From: an uncultured Clostridia bacterium
GTDB lineage: Bacteria; Bacillota; Clostridia; Peptostreptococcales; Anaerovoracaceae
Direction: 5' to 3'
Assembly: GCA_934256595.1 (NCBI GenBank)
Contig: CAKQOW010000004.1
Location: 988 to 64,987, forward strand
DNA: 64,000 nt
Shown piece after piece: positions 18,268 to 27,544 of this stretch (position 1 is its first letter; each line of letters opens with the position of its first letter). A program made the position numbers and the translations under genes. A model generated the notes under the pieces. The model made no database searches. It was not told where the DNA came from and worked only from the letters and a program-made list of their open reading frames with translations.

Positions 18268-18564
18268 CTAACGCTCCTGTCTGGACAGTTCATATTCAGG
18301 GATATATCTGCTGAAGTGATCGGTAAGGTAGTAGTACTGACCGTATTCCCATTTTATATCTGTTATTGTTACACGCATATAGAGAAAGCCGGAGCCGTCA
18401 TGTCCCCAGCGATGGAAGACGGTTTCTCCAATATCAAATCTTGCTTTTCGTCTCTCAGCGCTGTCGCCTGTTCCTCCCGCTATGCTGTCAAGTGCATCGT
18501 CAGAGATTTCGCAAGCCTCCTTAACAGCCATTTTAATATCGTTTTCTTTTGTAAATTCTTTCAT
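18268..18564 (-). CDS. Double-glycine leader peptide precursor (31-aa leader, 67-aa Cys-free aromatic-rich core)
   Basis: GGAGGCGAGAGGA precedes the ATG. The leader is MKEFTKENDIKMAVKEACEISDDALDSIAGG. The core is TGDSAERRKARFDIGETVFHRWGHDGSGFLYMRVTITDIKWEYGQYYYLTDHF.... Confidence 0.6.
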   Translation of the reverse strand: MKEFTKENDIKMAVKEACEISDDALDSIAGGTGDSAERRKARFDIGETVFHRWGHDGSGFLYMRVTITDIKWEYGQYYYLTDHFSRYIPEYELSRQER

Positions 18565-18751
18565 AATCCTCTCGCCTCCAGTTACTTCTTTTTCTTTTAC
18601 CTGTTTATACAGACAGCCTTGGAAAAGGTATAACTCTTTTTACAAAAAATTAAATGTGAGCATCATCACACCTGTTGGTTTAGTCAAGTATAATATATGG
18701 TGGGTGAAAAAACAAGCATATCCGTCCGGTTATATAATTTGTGTTTGCATA

Positions 18752-18780
18752 TTGACAATCGGGAAATAAAGGTATATCAT
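18752..18780 (+). promoter_or_regulatory. htpG promoter
   Basis: TTGACA (18752-18757), 17 nt, TATCAT (18775-18780). Confidence 0.6.
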
Positions 18781-18784
18781 ATAC

Positions 18785-18811
18785 TTAGCACTCGATAAGA
18801 TAGAGTGCTAA
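18785..18811 (+). promoter_or_regulatory. CIRCE operator (HrcA binding site)
   Basis: TTAGCACTC-gataagata-GAGTGCTAA. This is a perfect match to the CIRCE consensus TTAGCACTC-N9-GAGTGCTAA, located between the -10 box and the htpG SD. Confidence 0.9.
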
Positions 18812-18844
18812 CAAACGAATGACGACCTAGGGGGTAAATATAAA

Positions 18845-20749
18845 ATGGCAAAGAAACAATTTAAAGCTGAATCCAAAAAACTGCTGGATATGATGATTAA
18901 TTCTATCTATACACATAAGGAGATTTTCTTAAGAGAACTGATATCAAACGCCAGCGACGCTATCGATAAGCTGTACTATCAGGGTCTCTCAGATGATAAG
19001 ATGGGACTTGCCAGAGAGGACTTTTTCATCAGAATAGACCTTGACCACGATGCGAGAACACTGACAATATCAGATAACGGTATCGGTATGACTGACAAGG
19101 AGCTTGAGTCAAACCTCGGAACCATAGCCAAGAGCGGCTCGCTTGATTTCAAAGAAAACAGTGAAGCTAAAGAGAACATAGACATTATAGGTCAGTTTGG
19201 TGTGGGTTTCTACTCGGCATTTATGGTCAGCGACAAGGCGGTTGTAACCTCCAGACCTTTTGGCTGTGACAAGGCGTGGAGATGGATCTCAGAGGGCGCA
19301 GACGGATACACAATTGAAGAGTGCGACAAGGCTGACAGGGGTACCGAAATCGTACTGTATATCAAGCAGGATACTGAGGACGACAAATATGAGGATTACC
19401 TCAATCAGTACACAATAGCAGGACTTGTAAGGAAATATTCGGACTATATTTCATATCCTATCAAGATGGACTTTGAAACAACCAGAATGAAAGCCGGTAC
19501 AGGTATTGAGGACGAAAACGGCAATCAGATAGAGCCTGAATATGAGACTATAACCGAAACAAGAACACTCAACAGTATGGTACCTATCTGGCGTAAGAAC
19601 AAGAGCGAGATAACATCTGAGGAATACAACCACTATTACAAAGAAAGATTTTTTGATTTCAATGACCCTGCCGCAGTAATTCACACAAAGGCAGAGGGGC
19701 AGATATCATATGATGCGCTGCTGTATATTCCTCAGAAAGCATCGTTTGACTACTATACCAGAGAATACGAAAAGGGACTTGCTCTTTATACTAACGGCGT
19801 GCTGATTATGGACAAGTGCGCAGACCTGCTTCCTGATTATTTCAGCTTTGTCAAGGGTGTTGTAGACAGCGCCGACCTGTCTCTTAATATTTCCAGAGAA
19901 ATGCTGCAGCATGACAGACAGCTCAAGCTTATAGAGAAGAACATCGAAAAGAAAATCAGAAACGAGCTTCTCAAAATGCAGAAAGACGACAGAGAAAAAT
20001 ACGAAAAGTTCTTTGAGGAATTCGGACCGCAGATTAAATTCGGCATCTATGACAAATACGGCATGAACAGCGATACCCTGCAGGATCTTGTGATGTACTA
20101 TTCATCAACAGAGAAGAAGCCGGTAACGCTCAAGGAATACGTTGAGAGAATGAAGCCTGAACAGGACAAGATCTATTATGCCTGCGGTCAGAGTATTGCG
20201 ATGATCGATGCGCTTCCTCAGACAGATGCAGTTAAGGACAAGGGCTTTGAGATACTGTATATGACAGATAATGTTGATGAATTTGCAGTAAAGGCTATAG
20301 TTGACTATGAGGGCAAGACATTTGTAAACATCTGCACAGACAATCTGGATATGGATAACGAAGAAGAAAAAGAGGCTCTCCAGAAGAAAAACGAGGAGTC
20401 AAAGGACGTCCTCGAAGTTATAAAGGAGGCTCTGGGCGATGATGTTGCAGAGGTAAGATTTACAAACAAGCTCAGAAACTATCCTGTATGCTTGACAAGT
20501 GAGGGTGAAATCTCAATAGAAATGGAAAAAACCCTTAATGCTATGCCTACAGGTGAAAAGGTAAAGGCAAAGGTTGCAATGGAAATCAATGCAGATCACC
20601 CTATTGCAGACAAGCTTAAATCCATTGCGGAGAACAAGGCAAAGCTTGCCGATTATGCAAAGCTTCTGTACGCTCAGGCAAGGTTGATATCGGGCCTGCA
20701 GATAGAAAATCCGGCAGAAATAAGTGAACTTATTTGTGAGCTTATGTAA
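18845..20749 (+). CDS. htpG: Molecular chaperone HtpG (Hsp90)
   Basis: ELISNASDAIDK, GQFGVGFYSAFMV. 634 aa. Confidence 0.95.
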   Translation: MAKKQFKAESKKLLDMMINSIYTHKEIFLRELISNASDAIDKLYYQGLSDDKMGLAREDFFIRIDLDHDARTLTISDNGIGMTDKELESNLGTIAKSGSLDFKENSEAKENIDIIGQFGVGFYSAFMVSDKAVVTSRPFGCDKAWRWISEGADGYTIEECDKADRGTEIVLYIKQDTEDDKYEDYLNQYTIAGLVRKYSDYISYPIKMDFETTRMKAGTGIEDENGNQIEPEYETITETRTLNSMVPIWRKNKSEITSEEYNHYYKERFFDFNDPAAVIHTKAEGQISYDALLYIPQKASFDYYTREYEKGLALYTNGVLIMDKCADLLPDYFSFVKGVVDSADLSLNISREMLQHDRQLKLIEKNIEKKIRNELLKMQKDDREKYEKFFEEFGPQIKFGIYDKYGMNSDTLQDLVMYYSSTEKKPVTLKEYVERMKPEQDKIYYACGQSIAMIDALPQTDAVKDKGFEILYMTDNVDEFAVKAIVDYEGKTFVNICTDNLDMDNEEEKEALQKKNEESKDVLEVIKEALGDDVAEVRFTNKLRNYPVCLTSEGEISIEMEKTLNAMPTGEKVKAKVAMEINADHPIADKLKSIAENKAKLADYAKLLYAQARLISGLQIENPAEISELICELM

Positions 20750-20918
20750 ATCAGATTACAAATCAATAAGGGTAATGCTTTAGAGGCTGTGCGGCGATAT
20801 GCTGCACAGCTTTTTCTATGTGATGCTTGAATGTCGAATAATGTGACAAAATGACATGGTGAAAGATGGTATAATAGAGCCTGTATTATGTTGAAAACCT
20901 GATTACAGGGGAAAGAAA

Positions 20919-21839
20919 ATGAAAAGAATAAGCAAAATCATATGTATCATTATAGCAGCAGTAATGATTGCGGCAGTTCCCGTATGCGGACATTCCGGCA
21001 GAACCGATTCATCGGGAGGTCACAGAGATAACCGGAATGTAAGCGGCCTTGGATATTATCATTATCACTGCGGAGGCTATCCGCCGCATCTTCACAATAA
21101 CGGAGTCTGCCCGTACCGTTCAGGCAGTAGCAGCAGCGCAGCTTCAAAGGTAAGCAAGCCACGCGTTACAAAGCCTGCAAAGGTTAAAAACGTCAGAACA
21201 TCTTCAACATACGCGCTCAGAACAACTGTCAAATGGAACAGGGTGTCAGGCGCTGCAGGCTACAAAGTGTACCGCTCAACAGGCAGCAGCTACAAGTGCG
21301 TTAAAACCATAAAATCAGGCAGTACATTAAAATATACCGACAAAAGCGTTTCGGCAGGAAAAACCTATTACTATAAGGTAAGAGCATATAAAAAGGTAAA
21401 CGGCAGCTATAAATACGGCAGTTATTCATCATCAAAAAAGGTAAAGACAAAAAGCAATAATCTGTATTTTGATTTTGACTGGGAGGATTATGAGGACAGC
21501 GGAGAGGTAGGCCTTGATTTTCAGAGACTCTGGTACAGCTCCGGCAGTCTTTGCGCAGAGGTTGCGGTGAAGAACTGCACAGATAATACAGTTGAAGTCA
21601 GAGGCATCGACTCAATTAAAATATACTGTGATGACAGCAGGATAGGAAGCGGCACATACTACAGCTTTGATGAGAACGTGGTACTGAAACCGGGGCAGAG
21701 AAGCAGTGTATACAAGCTGGTCCTTGACAGCAGCAGCAAAACAGATTTAATCAGAAAAGATAAAAGCGGCGCATATTTCAGCAGCGTAACTGATGTTGAT
21801 TATGAAATACAAAAAGCTGAACAGCAGCAGAATAATTAA
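20919..21839 (+). CDS. Secreted YHYH-domain protein with FN3-like module and unknown C-terminal domain
   Basis: Signal peptide. GHSGRTDSSGGH...GYYHYHCGGYPPHLH (YHYH motif). FN3-like WNRVSGAAGYKVYRS...YYYKVRAYK. Confidence 0.65.
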   Translation: MKRISKIICIIIAAVMIAAVPVCGHSGRTDSSGGHRDNRNVSGLGYYHYHCGGYPPHLHNNGVCPYRSGSSSSAASKVSKPRVTKPAKVKNVRTSSTYALRTTVKWNRVSGAAGYKVYRSTGSSYKCVKTIKSGSTLKYTDKSVSAGKTYYYKVRAYKKVNGSYKYGSYSSSKKVKTKSNNLYFDFDWEDYEDSGEVGLDFQRLWYSSGSLCAEVAVKNCTDNTVEVRGIDSIKIYCDDSRIGSGTYYSFDENVVLKPGQRSSVYKLVLDSSSKTDLIRKDKSGAYFSSVTDVDYEIQKAEQQQNN

Positions 21840-21949
21840 AGCATATATTTAAAGAGGGTATATACATCACAAAGAGTCTGTCCCATGGGCAGGCTTTTTG
21901 TAATTCTCTATATTTATGGTATACTGTAGTTGAAGGGAGAACATTTATT

Positions 21950-22165
21950 ATGAATGATGATTATGAATATATAACTGTGCAGCAGGCTCTTGAGCAGGAG
22001 GGGCTTGAGGATAGATTTGATGTTGAAACGACTGTTGAAATACTTGAGGAGAAAGGCATATCCGCCTTTGTATTCTGGGGAATGAACAGAGCTGCCATGA
22101 TAGAGCTGCTGGAGGAGCAGCCTGAAGATGAAATGTGGGGTTTCCCGACAGAGTGGGAGATATAG
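21950..22165 (+). CDS. Small acidic hypothetical protein (71 aa)
   Basis: The ORF has an upstream GAAGGGAGAA SD and a terminator hairpin downstream (22180-22199). No family was recognised. Confidence 0.4.
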   Translation: MNDDYEYITVQQALEQEGLEDRFDVETTVEILEEKGISAFVFWGMNRAAMIELLEEQPEDEMWGFPTEWEI

Positions 22166-22207
22166 CCTGAAAAAACTGCCGGCGTGGCTACGCCGGCTTT
22201 AAACTGT

Positions 22208-22876
22208 CTATTCTTGTGTTTCCTCGTATTCTTTCATTATAGCTACTGAGGCTGAGGCACCTATTCTGTCTGCGCCTGCTTTTATCATTTCCTGAACTGT
22301 TTTTAAATCGCGGATACCGCCGGAGGCCTTTACCTGCGCTCTGCCGGCTACGCGGTTTTTCATAAGCTTGACGTGAGCTGCCGAAGCGCCTCTGGTTGAG
22401 AAGCCGGTTGAGGTTTTGACAAATGCTGCTCCTGCATCTGCTGCTATCTTGCACGCCTTTGAAATCTCCTCATTTGTAAGGAGACAGGTTTCAAGTATAA
22501 CCTTGACGATAGCGCCGTATTTTGAAGCTGTTTCTACAACTCCTGCAATATCCGAGGCAACATATATATAGTCCTTTTCTTTCATTGCGCCGATATTCAT
22601 AACCATATCAATTTCTGATGCGCCATCCTCGCAGCATTTCATTGTTTCATATGCCTTAACTTCGGAGCTCATTGCGCCGAGAGGGAAGCCTATTACTGCG
22701 GCTACCTTTACATCGGTTCCCTTGAGTTCCTTGGCTGCAAGGGATACGTGACAGCCGTTTACACAGACTGAATAAAAATCATATTCTTTTGCCTCTGCGC
22801 AGAGCTTTTTGATCTGCTCCTTAGTTGCTTCAGGTTTTAAAAGCGTGTGGTCAAAATATTTGTTTAGTTCTTTCAT
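22208..22876 (-). CDS. deoC: Deoxyribose-phosphate aldolase
   Basis: IDHTLLKP-type start (FDHTLLKPEAT), the active-site region VKTSTGF, and KASGGIR. Confidence 0.92.
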   Translation of the reverse strand: MKELNKYFDHTLLKPEATKEQIKKLCAEAKEYDFYSVCVNGCHVSLAAKELKGTDVKVAAVIGFPLGAMSSEVKAYETMKCCEDGASEIDMVMNIGAMKEKDYIYVASDIAGVVETASKYGAIVKVILETCLLTNEEISKACKIAADAGAAFVKTSTGFSTRGASAAHVKLMKNRVAGRAQVKASGGIRDLKTVQEMIKAGADRIGASASVAIMKEYEETQE

Positions 22877-22888
22877 AATCTTCTCCTG

Positions 22889-24286
22889 TTAATAGAATAC
22901 TACTATAGTGCAGCCCGGTGAAATGTTGTTAAACAGTATCTCTGCCTTGCTGTAAGGCAGATTGATACAGCCGTGACTGCCGTTTGTCTTGTAGATTGTA
23001 CCGCCAAATTCATTGCGCCATGTGGCGTCATGAAGTCCGTAACCGTTAAAGAAAGGCATCCAGAATGAAACTTCGCTTTCGTAATCAGTGCCCTCATTTT
23101 CATTGCCGCCTCTGAGCATGGCATTGCGCTCCTTATACTGCAGAGTATAGGTTCCGACTATGGTGCCTGTTTTTTCTTTGATACAGCCGCTTACAAACGG
23201 CGCATCGACAACAAGGCTGCCGTTTTTGTAATACCACATATGCTGCATGGTAAGGTCAACCTCTACATAAGTGCCAACTACATCGTTGTTTCCGTCACGC
23301 CCGTTGCCTTTTTGCGCATATACAGGCTCTCTGGTGACATCTTTGTCAGACTTTAAATCCTTTATGAGCTGCTTGGTTTCGGCTTTCTGATTAATAAGAT
23401 AGCCGTAGGTGCCTCCATATACGGTTACAGGTCCTCTGGTAGTTGAGTTGAATACTCTTGTGCCGCTGCAGGTGTTATATTTGTATGCCAGCTCTGCAAC
23501 ATACTCCTGAACGGCTTCTTTATCTGTTGTTATATTGCCCTCGTCATCAAGATATATCATTCTGTTAATCTGCTCAGGCGTAAGGGTTTCGGTCTGACTT
23601 CCGAAAGTATATGTTATTTTTCTTGTCAGATAGGTATTGCAGTAATCAAGTATATGTGAGATTTCCTCACTGTCTGATTTGATATCAGGCTGCTCGTAAA
23701 AATCTGAAGCTGTAAACTCAAGCTGCATATTTCCTCTGGATATATGCTTTAGAACTGATTTTTTGAGTACCTTGCGGTCTATATTCTCGCCGTAAACTTC
23801 AGGCACCACATTGAAATCAGTGGTTGACAGATCCACATAGGCGTCTTTTGTCTCCGGCTTGCCGATATTCTGTGCTGCAACGAAATCTTTTAATATTCTT
23901 TTGAATTCCTTAGTGGTCTTTTCGACCCTCATAGGAAATTCAATATCATAGGAAGAACCGAAAATATGGGCTACTCCCTTAAGAAAGCCTGCATCTTTGA
24001 CAGCGCTGTCCAGCTTGCCGTCTATGTTATAGACAGTATCTGCCATAGGCAGTACGACAAGAGTGCCGCCGCCATCAACAATTTCAAAATCTTTGGAATT
24101 CCATTTATCTGTCAGTTTGCGAACTGCTTCGTCCTTGGAGATTCCGGAACAGTCCACCCCGTTTATAATTGTATTCCCGGGCAGAGTGTCCGAAACAGAG
24201 GCTCTGTGACAGGCATATTTCCATATGCCGAATACTGCTGCCGCAAAAAGTAATATGCTTAGAATAATAACCAGTGTTTTTTTCAT
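22889..24286 (-). CDS. L,D-transpeptidase (YkuD) family protein with N-terminal membrane anchor and PG-binding-like region
   Basis: C-terminal YkuD catalytic motif (GLHDATW...SHGCINL). N-terminal TM helix. Confidence 0.85.
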   Translation of the reverse strand: MKKTLVIILSILLFAAAVFGIWKYACHRASVSDTLPGNTIINGVDCSGISKDEAVRKLTDKWNSKDFEIVDGGGTLVVLPMADTVYNIDGKLDSAVKDAGFLKGVAHIFGSSYDIEFPMRVEKTTKEFKRILKDFVAAQNIGKPETKDAYVDLSTTDFNVVPEVYGENIDRKVLKKSVLKHISRGNMQLEFTASDFYEQPDIKSDSEEISHILDYCNTYLTRKITYTFGSQTETLTPEQINRMIYLDDEGNITTDKEAVQEYVAELAYKYNTCSGTRVFNSTTRGPVTVYGGTYGYLINQKAETKQLIKDLKSDKDVTREPVYAQKGNGRDGNNDVVGTYVEVDLTMQHMWYYKNGSLVVDAPFVSGCIKEKTGTIVGTYTLQYKERNAMLRGGNENEGTDYESEVSFWMPFFNGYGLHDATWRNEFGGTIYKTNGSHGCINLPYSKAEILFNNISPGCTIVVFY

Positions 24287-24375
24287 CGTATCCTCTCTAA
24301 AGTCAAAAGTAAGTATATTCTATAATATATCGGGCAACTTGAGAAGTGACTTGAGCAAAAAAATTCAAAATTGCC

Positions 24376-25077
24376 TTAGAGTCTGAACGCTACGGGATTT
24401 CCGGCAGTTATTGAGTCAGGGGTTACAGGGCAGTCCAGACACAATATGTGAACGCCGCATGCAGAAGCTTTCTTCAAAGCCTCGCCAAAGGCGGCATGGG
24501 TTATGTAATTAGGAGTGAACAGGCTTATACCCTGCATCTGAATTACAAATACTATATACGCGCAAAAGCCCTCGGATACAGCCCTGCAAAGCTCTTCTAT
24601 ATGTCTGACTCCTCTTTCGGTGGGAGCGTCGGGGAACATAGCAATGCCATCTTCTTCAAGGGTAACTCCCTTGACCTCAATAAACCCTTGCCTGCCGCAG
24701 GTATCCTCAACATAAAAATCAAGGCGTGAGCTGCCATAGGTCTTTTCTGACTTTACCTCTTTCAATTCGCTCATTTCAGGAAGCTGTATTACTCCGGAGT
24801 GAAGCGCTTCTGCAACAACTTTGTTGGGAGCCTGCGAGTCCATATTGATAAGCCGGTTACCTTTCCTGACAGTAATAAGGGAGTAGCGCAGCCTGCGGCT
24901 TCCCATTCTGCCGGCAAAGTCCTCAATATATACGTCTGCGCCGGGGAGCAGGAGCTCTTTGCAGCGTCCTGTGTTTTTGACATGACATCTTGCGGTTTCT
25001 CTGTTTATTTCAACCTCTGCGATGAACCTGTTGGGTCGTGATATGAATTTGCCTTTTACGATATTTTTGTACTTCAT
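24376..25077 (-). CDS. sfsA: Sugar fermentation stimulation protein SfsA
   Basis: RPNRFIAEV, HVKNTGR and IEVKGVTL motifs. Confidence 0.88.
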   Translation of the reverse strand: MKYKNIVKGKFISRPNRFIAEVEINRETARCHVKNTGRCKELLLPGADVYIEDFAGRMGSRRLRYSLITVRKGNRLINMDSQAPNKVVAEALHSGVIQLPEMSELKEVKSEKTYGSSRLDFYVEDTCGRQGFIEVKGVTLEEDGIAMFPDAPTERGVRHIEELCRAVSEGFCAYIVFVIQMQGISLFTPNYITHAAFGEALKKASACGVHILCLDCPVTPDSITAGNPVAFRL

Positions 25078-25192
25078 AGCCTGTAGTATACTATAGATAC
25101 AGCTTTTTTTTCAAGAAGAAGCTGTGTAATGTTTTCATATCGCTCAATTTGTAGTATACTCATATTAACTATTTTGTTTTAAGGAGTTATTT

Positions 25193-25939
25193 ATGTTTAC
25201 ATCACCGGGAGCTGTGGCTTTTGAACTGTTTGGAATGGATATAAGGTGGTACGGCATCTGTGTTGCCGCAGGTGTGCTTATCGGTACTGCGCTCAGCTAT
25301 TACAGAGCGCCGAATTTCGGAATATCAAGGGATAACCTCATAGATGTGCTGCTTGTTGCAATTCCGGCGGGAATTGTGGGAGCCAGACTGTACTATGTAA
25401 TATTCAACTGGCAGATGTATGCCGGTGACTTTGCGAAGATAATAAATTTCAGAGAGGGAGGCCTTGCAATACACGGAGGACTGATACTGGGAATAATAGC
25501 CGGAGCCTGTATGTGCAGACATCACAGAATTTCACTTCCAAATCTGCTGGACCTTCTGGCGCCGGGCTTTGCCATAGGGCAGGCCATAGGCAGATGGGGC
25601 AACTTCTTTAATTCAGAGGCTCACGGAGGACCGACAGATCTGCCATGGGCAGTAATCGTAAACGGACAGGGAGTTCACCCTACATTTCTGTATGAGTCCC
25701 TGTGGTGCCTGCTGCTGTTTGTATTTCTGATGCTTATGAGCAGAAATATTAAATTCAGCGGTCAGATTTTCTGTCTGTATGCAGTGCTGTATTCTGTGGA
25801 GAGATTTTTTGTGGAGGGTCTCAGAACCGACAGCCTGATGATAGGACCTTTCAGACAGGCTCAGGTGCTGTCGCTAAGCCTGATAGTGATATTTGCAGTC
25901 GTATATATACTGCTGCGCAGACGGAGCAAAAGGATATAG
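25193..25939 (+). CDS. lgt: Prolipoprotein diacylglyceryl transferase
   Basis: IRWYGI, GARLYYV, GGLAIHGG and GRWGNFFNSEAHG motifs. Confidence 0.92.
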   Translation: MFTSPGAVAFELFGMDIRWYGICVAAGVLIGTALSYYRAPNFGISRDNLIDVLLVAIPAGIVGARLYYVIFNWQMYAGDFAKIINFREGGLAIHGGLILGIIAGACMCRHHRISLPNLLDLLAPGFAIGQAIGRWGNFFNSEAHGGPTDLPWAVIVNGQGVHPTFLYESLWCLLLFVFLMLMSRNIKFSGQIFCLYAVLYSVERFFVEGLRTDSLMIGPFRQAQVLSLSLIVIFAVVYILLRRRSKRI

Positions 25940-26062
25940 AAGTTGAAAAATCATAAGAATTGTGGTAATATGAGGTGCTGTGCAGAGGGCTTGCAAAGAA
26001 AGTTCTGCCGGTATCAGAGAAGATAAAGCCTGAAGCAACGGGCATTAAGAAAGGAAATAGAT

Positions 26063-27154
26063 ATGAAACTTGGAATAGTGGGACTTCCCAACGTAGGTAA
26101 AAGCACATTGTTTAATGCAATAACAAAGGCAGGCGCAGAGGCTGCCAACTATCCGTTCTGTACGATAGAGCCAAATGTGGGCGTTGTTGCGGTTCCCGAT
26201 GAGAGACTAAAAGTGCTTACAGATATGTACAATGCCAAAAAAACAATACATACGACCATAGAGTTTTATGATATTGCAGGTCTTGTTAAAGGCGCATCAA
26301 GAGGCGAGGGACTTGGCAACAAGTTTCTGGGACATATCAGAGAGGTTGCTGCAATCGTTCACGTTGTAAGATGCTTTGATGATCCTAACGTGGTTCATGT
26401 TGACGGTAAAATAAATCCGGCATCGGATATTGACACTATAAATATGGAGCTTATCCTTTCGGATATGGAGCTTCTCGAAAGAAGAATAGCAAAGACCACC
26501 AAAAACCTTAAGGGTGACAAGAGCCTCCAGAAAGAACTCGATATTTTAAACAAAGTAAATGACTTTCTCGGTGAGGGCAAATCGGCGAGAGCTATGGAAC
26601 TTACCGATGAAGAGGCTGAATTTGTAAAGAGTCTTGATCTGCTTTCGTACAAGCCTGTTATATATGTGGCAAATGTATCAGAGGAAGATGCTGCGGCAGA
26701 GGACAATGAATATATTGCCCAGGTAAGAAAAATAGCCGACGAAGAGGGCTCGGACGTGGTTGTTGTATGCGCAGGCATAGAGGCTGAAATATCAGAGCTT
26801 GACGACGAAGAAAAAGCAATGTTCCTTGAGGAACTTGGAATTGCAGAGTCAGGTCTTGACAAGCTGGTTAAGGCTTCATATCATCTGCTTAACCTGATTT
26901 CATTCCTTACAGCAGGCGAGCCGGAGGTAAGAGCATGGACTGTAACCAAAGGCACCAAGGCGCCGCAGGCCGCAGGCAAAATACACACAGATTTCGAAAA
27001 GGGATTTATCAGAGCGGAAACCATCGCATATGACAAGCTGATAGAGTGCGGCGGCAATCTTGCAACAGCCAAAGAAAAGGGTCTTATCAGGTCAGAGGGC
27101 AAGGAGTATGTTGTCAAGGACGGAGACGTAATGCACTTCCTGTTCAATGTATAA
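26063..27154 (+). CDS. ychF: Redox-regulated ribosome-binding ATPase YchF
   Basis: GIVGLPNVGKSTLFNA, the DIAGLV G-domain, and a C-terminal TGS region (MHFLFNV). Confidence 0.95.
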   Translation: MKLGIVGLPNVGKSTLFNAITKAGAEAANYPFCTIEPNVGVVAVPDERLKVLTDMYNAKKTIHTTIEFYDIAGLVKGASRGEGLGNKFLGHIREVAAIVHVVRCFDDPNVVHVDGKINPASDIDTINMELILSDMELLERRIAKTTKNLKGDKSLQKELDILNKVNDFLGEGKSARAMELTDEEAEFVKSLDLLSYKPVIYVANVSEEDAAAEDNEYIAQVRKIADEEGSDVVVVCAGIEAEISELDDEEKAMFLEELGIAESGLDKLVKASYHLLNLISFLTAGEPEVRAWTVTKGTKAPQAAGKIHTDFEKGFIRAETIAYDKLIECGGNLATAKEKGLIRSEGKEYVVKDGDVMHFLFNV

Positions 27155-27544
27155 ATGAATATATGGCAGTTAAACGTCGGAGCTTTCCGGCGTTTTTTTC
27201 TGCAAGAAATTATTAATTTATTGATATACAGGTGAAACTGTTACGATGTTTTTACGTCTAATTGATAGGAACAAAAAGACCCTGTACTGACCACTTATCA
27301 CAAAAAACGACCACTTGGCACAAAGGTGTTGAAGCGTATCAGAATTTTGTGATAATATTTAGAAAACAGGGGAGAAACAAAAGGAGGAATTGTGGAATGA
27401 AAGGAATAATGGTGATGGTTTCTGTTTTAGCTGCAGTGCTTGTTATGAGTATGACGGCTTGCGGTAATTAAAGCTAAAGCTATAGATGAAATAAGGAAAA
27501 AAGACACAGAGCAGCAATAGATACATACAGACTGAGAGGAAAAT

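Noticed and set aside
17757-18314. 185-aa plus-strand ORF covering the GG-leader peptide region
   Set aside because: It is antisense to two SD-preceded minus-strand ORFs. It has no SD, and its low-complexity Ala/Val/Cys/Phe composition is typical of the mirror frame. The minus-strand products have recognisable leader motifs.
27262-27396. Upstream part of the 69-aa ORF 27262..27471
   Set aside because: It has no SD and a TTG start, and the region contains a promoter-like TTGAAG-17-ATAATA. Only the last 24 codons are preceded by a strong SD.
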